Source: an uncultured Candidatus Marinamargulisbacteria bacterium (GTDB taxonomy: Bacteria > Margulisbacteria > Riflemargulisbacteria > GWF2-35-9 > DYQY01). From it: a DNA stretch of 64,000 nucleotides. Position 1 is the first letter of the stretch. Every line of letters begins with the position of its first letter. The notes under the pieces were generated by a model. The model did not search any database. It was not told the origin of the DNA and saw only the letters and a program-made list of their open reading frames with translations. The stretch lies in assembly GCA_964643725.1 (NCBI GenBank), contig CAZXTL010000001.1:129041-193040 (forward strand). The letters are read 5' to 3'. The translations under genes and the position numbers were made by a program. This document shows positions 56,713 to 64,000 of the stretch, in pieces.

Positions 56713-59700
56713 ATGGTTGAAATACTTCATAAGAAAGTCAACACGGCAGAAAATGCAAATAAGCAAATATTTGAAAACCCAGATATAAAGGTATTTCATA
56801 AGGCTGTACAGGAAGAAGTAAAGGATTCTATTAAGAATTCCATCGAAACTTTGGGTGAGATACATATAAAAAAAGGCAAAACAGAAGAAAATATTGTAAG
56901 TTTAGAATATAAAAAAGAGCAGTTACTTAGAGACATAAGTGAACTAGAAGAAAAGAAACTTAAAACTGAAGAAAAAGTAAAAGAATTTGAAGATAAGAAA
57001 AGACAGGAATTTACTCAGCAACAGGAATATCAGAAAAAATTATTAAATGAATTTTTTCAACGTAAGCAACTCCTTTTACATGATGTTAATCAGCTCCAGG
57101 CAGAAAGGATTAAACTGAACCGGCTAGTCGATAAACTTAGAGATGACCCTAAGTATATGGTAGGGCAAGGAAATCCTATTTTTTATGAAAATTTAAAGAC
57201 ACAAGCTCAGTATGAGTCAGATCAAATAAGACAGCAAGGGTATTACGATGCTGAGGTAATTAGGTCGTCAGCCAAGGACGATGCTGAGAGAATTAAAAAT
57301 CAAGTTCAGTTTGAATTGGAGCAGTCCAGAGTACGTACAAGAGAGGAATCTGAGGCTATTAAGACTAGTATTTTGTTCGATGCTGAATTCTTGAAGAAAA
57401 ATATTATTGATTCCGCAAACAAAGAAGCTGAGGTTATAAGAGCAGCTGCGCAAATAGAGGCTGATAATATTTTAATAGGGGCAAAAAAGAAATCTGATGA
57501 ATTAATGGTTGAGGCGTCTGCAAAAATTTCAAATTATACTGAGATAGAATTAAATTCTGCAAAAGTGCTTAAAGATGCAAGTAAAGAAGCTGAGGTTATA
57601 AGAGCAGCTGCGCAAATAGAGGCGGATAATATTTTAATTAGTGCAAAGAGGAAATCTGATGAATTAATGATTGAGGCATCTGAAAAAATTTCAAATTATA
57701 CTGAGATAGAATTAAATTCTGCAAAAGTGCTTAAAGATGCAAGTAAAGAAGCTGAGGTTATAAGAGCAGCTGCACAACAAGATGCTGATAATATTTTAAT
57801 AGAAGCAAAGAAGAAGTCTGATGAATTATTGATTGAGGCATCTGCAAGAAATTCAAATTATAAAGAGCTAGAATTAAATTCTGCAAAAGTGCTTAAAGAT
57901 GCAAGTAAAGAAGCCGAGGTAATTATAATTAAGGCACAGGAAGAATCAGCGAAAATCCTTCATGAAGCTAAACAGAAAGCACAAGAAGAATATGAGCTAA
58001 TGTTGCTCATTTCCAAGAAAGAATTAAGTGAAGCAGAATTAAAGCTGGAAGCTATTAATAAGCAAGAGGCAGTCAGATTAGATGCTGATAGGCTTATTAA
58101 GGATGCCTGTGAAGAAGTCGATGTGCTTCTGAGTAGGGCAGAAGAGGAAAGAGCTGTTTTATTAGAGAAAACTCAAGAAGAATGTAATTTAATGTTGGTT
58201 TCATTTAAAAAAGAAGCAGATGACGAAGCTGATATGCTTTTGAATAAGGCAGAAGAGGAAAGAGCTACTTTATTGCAGCAAACTCAAGAAGAGTGTGAGC
58301 TAATGTTAGTGTCATTTAAAAAGGAAGCAGATGAAGAGGCGTGGGAAGCAAGAGAAGATATACTAAATGATGCAAGCAAAGAATCAGACAAGATTATTAA
58401 TGAAGCGAATGTTCAGGCTGAATTAATTATAAAAAGAGCAGAAGAAGATAGAGCTTCATTATTGGCAAAGATCCATCTATCGGCTGAAAATGAATTTGGA
58501 GTAGCTCGAGATAATATGTTAAATAAGGCTGAAAAAGAGGTGGCCTGGATATTAAGTGAAGCTCAAAAGAAAGCACAAATTATAATGGTAAATGCAGATA
58601 ATAAAGCCAAAGATTTATTAGAGCAGGCAAATAAGCAGGCAATATTGATTGGTGATGAGCTTGATTCAAAAATAAAGTTTGCAGAACAAAGAAAAGAGCA
58701 GATTCTTGCACAAGCGACATTTGATGCAAAGACAAAATCTGAAGAAATTTTAGGAGATGCTAATGTCCAAGCAGCAGAAATAAGGCAAAATGCGATAACT
58801 GACGCAAAACAAAAAGCACATGAAATTTATAGACAGATAGCCGAAGAGCAAGAAAATTTAGGGAAGGAACTGTTGCAGAAAGCAATAGTTCAGGCAAAGA
58901 GTGAAAGAGAAAATATCTTGAATTCTACTAGAGATCAATCAGAGAATAAGGCGAAAGAGATAATCCTAATTGCTGAAAGAGAGGTTTTAGATAAAACCAA
59001 TCGTATTATGAGTGAAGCCACAAAAAGAGCAGATAGTATTATTTCAGATGCAAGAGATAAGGCAGCTAAGGAAGTTTCTTTGATTTTATCAAGAGACAAA
59101 GAAGAGGCAGAGAGATTACAGATATTGATAGAGCAATTAAAAATACAAAAGCAGGAGCTTGATAGAGGTACCGCGGAGAGTAATGCGAAGAATATTAAAG
59201 CATTAGAGATTGCCCAAAAGATTAAAGATAGAGAAAAACAATTAAGTGATAAGGTAAGAGAAGCTGAAACGGAATATCACAGAGTACGAGAGGAGATACT
59301 TCCAAAAATTTCGGAAATTAAGAATACGTACACTTTAAACAAACAAGAAATTTCTTCTAAGATTCGAGAAATGAATGATAGATATTTGCAAGAACAAGTT
59401 TCTTTTGAGGAGAAGATGAAAGAGTTAAACAGTAAGTGCGAGGCTGATTTGAGATATGTTAAAGAAAAATATCAACAAGAGAAAAGTGGCCTTTTAACTT
59501 TATTAGAGGATGAGTTAAGACGACTGAAAGATATTTCCGAAGAGAGAATAACCGGAAAGAAGAAAGAGCTTGAGGATACAAAGATTTTCATAAAAGAAGA
59601 CCTAGATAAAAAACAAGAAGATTATTTTAAGAAGACACAAAAGATTGAATTGTTGTTGAAAAATAAAGTAGCTGACATGATTACTAATTATTCAAAAATG

Positions 59701-60300
59701 ACGGAGGAGCATAGAGTTAATTATTTAGAATTTAAACAGCAGATAGATGATAAAAAAGAAGAGATTATTGGTTCATATAGGGCTAATCTTAGACAAGCCA
59801 AGGCGCTTTATCAGAAGAAGATGAAACAGTATTCTCAAGATATTAATATTTTGGATAATGAATTAAAGATTAGAAGGTCTGAGTTACAGAAAAATTATGA
59901 GCAGGCTATGGTTAAGTTTAGAGCGGAAAACGAGGACATTTTACGGAAAGAAACTACGGATTTTGAATCAAAACAGAATGAATTGCTTAGTAAAAAAGAG
60001 CAGTTAGTTAGATATTATGAAAAGCAACTAGATTCATTACGTTTTGATTATCAATCAATTCTGAAAAACGAAAAGGCAAAATATGATCAACAAAAGATTG
60101 ATGTGCAAAGTAATTTGGAAAAATTAAGTAAAGATTACCAAATAAAAAGAGATCAGATTAAGGGTTATTATATGGGGCTTATTTCGAAAGAAGAGAAGTA
60201 TAATCAACACTTAGTAGATGATTTAATAATAAAGAAAAAAACACTCATTCAAAACTATGACCTGTTGGTTGGCGAATGTGAAAAAACAGTCATTTCTTAA
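56713..60300 (+). CDS. giant coiled-coil protein (about 1195 aa) with near-identical 54-aa tandem repeats
   Basis: GAAGAGGGAA RBS lies upstream of the ATG at 56713. It is E/K/A-rich coiled-coil throughout. The repeated unit is SAKVLKDASKEAEVIRAAAQIEADNILIGAKKKSDELMVEASAKISNYTEIELN, with other repeated modules further downstream. Confidence 0.6.
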   Translation: MVEILHKKVNTAENANKQIFENPDIKVFHKAVQEEVKDSIKNSIETLGEIHIKKGKTEENIVSLEYKKEQLLRDISELEEKKLKTEEKVKEFEDKKRQEFTQQQEYQKKLLNEFFQRKQLLLHDVNQLQAERIKLNRLVDKLRDDPKYMVGQGNPIFYENLKTQAQYESDQIRQQGYYDAEVIRSSAKDDAERIKNQVQFELEQSRVRTREESEAIKTSILFDAEFLKKNIIDSANKEAEVIRAAAQIEADNILIGAKKKSDELMVEASAKISNYTEIELNSAKVLKDASKEAEVIRAAAQIEADNILISAKRKSDELMIEASEKISNYTEIELNSAKVLKDASKEAEVIRAAAQQDADNILIEAKKKSDELLIEASARNSNYKELELNSAKVLKDASKEAEVIIIKAQEESAKILHEAKQKAQEEYELMLLISKKELSEAELKLEAINKQEAVRLDADRLIKDACEEVDVLLSRAEEERAVLLEKTQEECNLMLVSFKKEADDEADMLLNKAEEERATLLQQTQEECELMLVSFKKEADEEAWEAREDILNDASKESDKIINEANVQAELIIKRAEEDRASLLAKIHLSAENEFGVARDNMLNKAEKEVAWILSEAQKKAQIIMVNADNKAKDLLEQANKQAILIGDELDSKIKFAEQRKEQILAQATFDAKTKSEEILGDANVQAAEIRQNAITDAKQKAHEIYRQIAEEQENLGKELLQKAIVQAKSERENILNSTRDQSENKAKEIILIAEREVLDKTNRIMSEATKRADSIISDARDKAAKEVSLILSRDKEEAERLQILIEQLKIQKQELDRGTAESNAKNIKALEIAQKIKDREKQLSDKVREAETEYHRVREEILPKISEIKNTYTLNKQEISSKIREMNDRYLQEQVSFEEKMKELNSKCEADLRYVKEKYQQEKSGLLTLLEDELRRLKDISEERITGKKKELEDTKIFIKEDLDKKQEDYFKKTQKIELLLKNKVADMITNYSKMTEEHRVNYLEFKQQIDDKKEEIIGSYRANLRQAKALYQKKMKQYSQDINILDNELKIRRSELQKNYEQAMVKFRAENEDILRKETTDFESKQNELLSKKEQLVRYYEKQLDSLRFDYQSILKNEKAKYDQQKIDVQSNLEKLSKDYQIKRDQIKGYYMGLISKEEKYNQHLVDDLIIKKKTLIQNYDLLVGECEKTVIS
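57421..57930 (+). repeat. intragenic tandem DNA repeats, period 162 bp, about 3.2 copies, more than 90% identical
   Basis: Copies start at 57421, 57583 and 57745, with a partial copy at 57907. The string gctgaggttataagagcagctgcgcaaatagagg recurs. Confidence 0.7.
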
Positions 60301-60529
60301 TCAATAAATTTTCTAACAAAAAGCCTTGCAAATATCCTTGTTTTAATGGTTTTTTCCACGTATATAATGTAAAATATTCAATTGTATACTTGTATGTTTT
60401 TTTGTTCTTTTTAAGAAGGGGCTGAGAATATATATTTGTCTTGTATATTGGTATTGTTATAACAGAGATTAAAAATGTTTATTTTAGGTATATTAGGGCA
60501 TAAGATTAACTTAAATAGGGGTTTATGGG

Positions 60530-61732
60530 GTGCGAGTTATTAATAAATTAGCCATAGTAATTTTGGTTGTGTGTTCATTTGCATTTCCTGTTGGGCAACT
60601 ACATTATGGTTCTGACCTAGAGTGGGGCTATGGAGCTCGTGCTTTAGGGATGGGTAGGTCATTCGTTGCTTTGGGTAATGATGCTTCTGGTCTGTTTTGG
60701 AATCCAGCAGGTGTAATGAAATTGCAGAGCATGCAAGGTATGTTTCAGATGTCTATGCTTTATCAGAGCTATAGTTCAATGTATGGAGCTTTCGCGATTC
60801 CTGGGGTTGATGATGCTATAGGTATTGAGTTCATTATGTTCGGTGGTTCAGATATTGAGGGTAGAGATATTTACAATCAGTTTACTGGCATGGTTCAGGA
60901 TAGCAAAATGGCATTTGGTGCTACATATAGCAAAAGAATCATGAAAGATTTTTATATGGCGCTTAAGGGTAAGTTTTATATGCGTTCCTTGGGGGAAGCT
61001 GGTGATATGGCTATGGCTGGGGATGTTTCAATGATTTATAACATATCTGATAGGTTTTCTGCTGGAATAAATTTAATGAATGTTTTCGGGATGGTATTGG
61101 GGACTACTTCTGATAAGCTTACTCCTCAGGCTATGTTTGGGCTTGGATATAAAGAACAAAATATGCTTTTTGCTTTAGACGCAAGAGACAATTTCAATGA
61201 ATGGCATTTTGGTGTTGAATATGAACCAGTAAAAAATATTCCTCTTAGAATAGGGGTAAATAATGATGAGCTTAGCTTTGGTGGTGGGGTGAAATTAGGC
61301 ATTATGGATGCAGATGTCGCTTATATTATGAATGAATTAGCTAGCAAAATAGCTTTTTCAGTAAATCTTAATTTTGGTAAGTCAATGGACGATATGACTA
61401 AAGATCAAGTTGAACAAGCAATGGCAGATTCACAGGAAATGTTAAACAATGATTACTTTTATTTGGCTAAGCAGAAACTAGAGTATGTGTTGTCTTTTGA
61501 TCCTTCACGTAAAGATGTAAAAGTTATTTTAGAACGGTTAGAGAAGGCGGTACAGTTTGTTGAATCTTCCCTTCCACAAGAAAGTCTTACTTGGGAAAAA
61601 TTTAAGTTAGCAAAAAGACTTTTTAACGAAGGAAAGTATTTTGAATCAGAGAAGCTTTTTAGAGAAATTCAGCAGATAAATCAAAATAATAGATTTGTTA
61701 CATATTATCTTGATGAATTGTCTTTGCAGTAG
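60530..61732 (+). CDS. outer-membrane protein with FadL/TodX/PorV-like N-terminal signature and C-terminal helical (TPR-like) extension
   Basis: AGGGG RBS precedes a GTG start. A signal peptide is present. The motif GARALGMGRSFVALGNDASGLFWNPAGV matches the G.R..G.G.....ADDAS...NPAG barrel-plug signature. The last about 110 aa are helical. Confidence 0.4.
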   Translation: MRVINKLAIVILVVCSFAFPVGQLHYGSDLEWGYGARALGMGRSFVALGNDASGLFWNPAGVMKLQSMQGMFQMSMLYQSYSSMYGAFAIPGVDDAIGIEFIMFGGSDIEGRDIYNQFTGMVQDSKMAFGATYSKRIMKDFYMALKGKFYMRSLGEAGDMAMAGDVSMIYNISDRFSAGINLMNVFGMVLGTTSDKLTPQAMFGLGYKEQNMLFALDARDNFNEWHFGVEYEPVKNIPLRIGVNNDELSFGGGVKLGIMDADVAYIMNELASKIAFSVNLNFGKSMDDMTKDQVEQAMADSQEMLNNDYFYLAKQKLEYVLSFDPSRKDVKVILERLEKAVQFVESSLPQESLTWEKFKLAKRLFNEGKYFESEKLFREIQQINQNNRFVTYYLDELSLQ

Positions 61733-61809
61733 GCAAAGACTAGGTCAATATTGAATTAAGTTAAATAGTATTTTTTTTGCTGAGGGGATTAGTTAAAGGG
61801 GTGTGTCTT

Positions 61810-64000
61810 TTGAATATATCAAAGAGCGTAGTGTGCCTATTGTTGGCTTCGTGCCTTTTTTCCGCTACGATTTCTGTCGATAAATTTGAGCTGTATGATC
61901 AAGATACATTGTTGACAGACCGTACAAACGATCAAGTTGTTGGTATAACCATTAGCACAAATATCGTTCCTGTTAAATATTTGATAAGTGAAGACCGTCC
62001 AACTAAGCCTGTTTCTAGCGATTCTTTTTGGGAAAGCGAAAGACCATCACGATATACTCTGAAAAACGATGCCAATGGTATTAAGACAGTTTATTTGTAT
62101 GTAATGAGCTCAACTGGGGATATTAGTGATGGAGCTGTAGCTACTATAAATTTAGATTCTTCATATCCGCAACTAAGTTCTGTTAATATGTCACAATCAC
62201 TTATTGATTTGACTGTGGAGTTTATTTCTGGCAATTTTTATTTAAGAGAAGGCCCATTTGATATAACTTTTAATTTTAGTGAGACATTGTCAACCACTCC
62301 AGAGATAAACCTTTTTTTCAATGGTTCAATAGTTAATTCGTTTAATGCCTTGTTAGTTAGAGTGGATAGTAGTACTTTTAAGGGTCAATATACTGTTACT
62401 TCTGGAACTTTAGAAGGAACATATTTGATAAGTTATAGTTGTACAGATAATACAGGATACGAAACTAATGAAGCTGTTTTTGTAGCTGGAGGAATTGTTG
62501 TAGACCAGACTTCTCCAGATTTGCAGACATTTGCTTTAGATGGTAAGGACCCTACAATTGGTGTTATTTATTCAAAAACTAGGTTTTTACCAATACAGAT
62601 TGAGCCTAATGATAGTAGTGGGATTAAGGGCTGGATAGTAACCGATAATGTTTCTTATATGCCTTCCGCAACAAGTCAGTGGATGAATTTAGGTGTATAC
62701 CTGACATTAACTAATAACATTGCACTACATAGAATTAATTTTTGGTATATTGATAATGCTTGGAATATAAATTTTTCTACAGCAGATATTTATTATGATC
62801 CCCAAACACCAGTAGTAAGTCTTCAAGTAAACATAACACCCAATAGCGTTTTAACAAATCAGCAGATAATATTAACATTAGACGTTTCGAATATAGGGAG
62901 CGGACTTGCAGACACCCCAAACCTCAGCTATTCCGCTCCCGGCAAAACTCCTCAAGTGCTTAGTCTTCAGTTGCTAGCGGGAGGACAATACAGAACTACA
63001 TTTAATGTTTCTACGTATACAGGACAAGGACAAGGTGTTTTTTCGGTAAGGGCTACTGATAATGAAGGCCATTTTTTTGACGAGACTATAGCTCTTTGGT
63101 ATCAAGGTGTAAGTTATGACCCTTATTATATTGTTAGCCATAATTTAAAAACACCAAGCTTTTATATGTATGACCAAGATACTTTGCTTTCTAGGGATGC
63201 TAACGACCAGATAGTAGGTGTAACAATTACTGATGATGAGCAGGCAGTAGCTTGGTACATTGGTGAAACTTTAATAACTCCTTCTTTAGGTAGTGAGTTA
63301 TGGTCAACCACGCGACCTGGGTTTTTTACTTTTAAGAATGATAATGAAGAAGTAAAGTCAGTTTGTCTGTGGATTAAGGATGGAGCAGGAAGAATATCTC
63401 AAAGAAGTCTATCAACAATTAACTATGATTTAACTGATCCTTACATATCAACCATTCAACTTTTCAATTCATCAAATCTTCAACCAATAACTAGCATAGG
63501 AAATACATATTTTTTAAGAGTTGGAACCTACAATGTAACTTTCAATATGGCCGAGAACCTAACAATAACCCCATCAATAAGTTTTATTAGTTCAGTGCTT
63601 ACAGTTAACCGTTTACTAACAAGAGTGAATGACCGAACATACACAAGTCAGTATGTCGTAACCAGTGGAACAGTAGAAGGAACTTACAATATTTACTATA
63701 GCGCTACAGATAATGCAGGCAATGCCGTTCACAGTTCACTGTTCACTTCTCACTTAATGGTGGATGTAAGAAAGCCAACAGTGAATATTGAGTTATTAGA
63801 TTTAGATAGTGGAAGTTCCTTATATACAAATAGCAGAAATGTAGTATTGAGCAGGAATATCGAAGAATCATACGTACGAGGATATTTGGTAACAGAAAAT
63901 AAATCATTTGTAGCTGCTGTAGATTCTGGGTGGATGATTAGTTTGTCTGCAAACTATGTGATACAAGCTATAGGTAATGGATCGAAAGAAGTAATATTAT
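61810..64000 (+). CDS. very large secreted surface protein with about 420-aa tandem repeat units, 3'-truncated by the window end (absent from the ORF track because it has a TTG start and no stop)
   Basis: The frame is open with no stop from 61810 to 64000. AAAGGGG lies 9 nt upstream of the TTG. A signal peptide is present (NISKSVVCLLLASCLFSATIS). Repeat unit 1 (FELYDQDTLLTDRTNDQVVGITIS ... QYTVTSGTLEGTYLISYSCTDNTGYE) recurs about 1.27 kb later (FYMYDQDTLLSRDANDQIVGVTIT ... QYVVTSGTVEGTYNIYYSATDNAGNA). Confidence 0.5.
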   Translation, partial: MNISKSVVCLLLASCLFSATISVDKFELYDQDTLLTDRTNDQVVGITISTNIVPVKYLISEDRPTKPVSSDSFWESERPSRYTLKNDANGIKTVYLYVMSSTGDISDGAVATINLDSSYPQLSSVNMSQSLIDLTVEFISGNFYLREGPFDITFNFSETLSTTPEINLFFNGSIVNSFNALLVRVDSSTFKGQYTVTSGTLEGTYLISYSCTDNTGYETNEAVFVAGGIVVDQTSPDLQTFALDGKDPTIGVIYSKTRFLPIQIEPNDSSGIKGWIVTDNVSYMPSATSQWMNLGVYLTLTNNIALHRINFWYIDNAWNINFSTADIYYDPQTPVVSLQVNITPNSVLTNQQIILTLDVSNIGSGLADTPNLSYSAPGKTPQVLSLQLLAGGQYRTTFNVSTYTGQGQGVFSVRATDNEGHFFDETIALWYQGVSYDPYYIVSHNLKTPSFYMYDQDTLLSRDANDQIVGVTITDDEQAVAWYIGETLITPSLGSELWSTTRPGFFTFKNDNEEVKSVCLWIKDGAGRISQRSLSTINYDLTDPYISTIQLFNSSNLQPITSIGNTYFLRVGTYNVTFNMAENLTITPSISFISSVLTVNRLLTRVNDRTYTSQYVVTSGTVEGTYNIYYSATDNAGNAVHSSLFTSHLMVDVRKPTVNIELLDLDSGSSLYTNSRNVVLSRNIEESYVRGYLVTENKSFVAAVDSGWMISLSANYVIQAIGNGSKEVIL

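Noticed and set aside
57421-57930. CRISPR array
   Set aside because: The only regular tandem repeats in the window are 162-bp units inside an open reading frame, with no short unique spacers. No cas genes are present.

Overview
This window is a low-GC (about one-third G+C by eye) bacterial chromosome segment, probably from a diderm: it encodes lipobox lipoproteins and beta-barrel-like outer membrane proteins ending in Phe. No rRNA, tRNA or CRISPR genes were seen. Most of the window is housekeeping in recognisable conserved operons: purE plus a cvpA-like gene; rlmB-like, def and fmt; ettA; glnN (type III glutamine synthetase) with manC, a TRAM-less MiaB-like methylthiotransferase and prs; class A PBP; tyrS; xseB-ispA-dxs; plsY-gpsA-hflX; exonuclease-fused dinG; a split metH. 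Around this sit accessory regions with unexplained content. (i) A 5'-truncated NRPS-like adenylation-PCP protein is translationally coupled to a free-standing condensation-domain protein and a SIMPL/DUF541 secreted protein. (ii) An ORFan island (about 5.0-8.5 kb) carries three domain-less proteins, one only 49 aa, behind an unusual promoter region with a hairpin, four tandem octamers and phased TATGT repeats, and appears GC-elevated. (iii) Giant coiled-coil proteins contain near-identical internal tandem repeats. (iv) A roughly 190-bp MITE-like element has inverted ends whose internal hairpins are preserved by compensatory base changes. (v) A GlnD-like HD plus 2xACT protein lacks the nucleotidyltransferase domain. 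(vi) The sulfite-exporter-family (TSUP) transporter is split into two half-size genes. (vii) Two separate MotA/MotB-type stator pairs occur with no flagellar structural gene visible in the window; the second pair heads a co-directional locus of two CheY-like receivers, a TPR membrane protein, a 1210-aa coiled-coil repeat protein, a FadL/PorV-motif outer membrane protein and a very large secreted tandem-repeat surface protein that is missing from the ORF track because it starts at TTG and runs off the window end. That last locus and the ORFan island are the best candidates for an undescribed system. Every call is from sequence motifs read by eye; no database search was possible.
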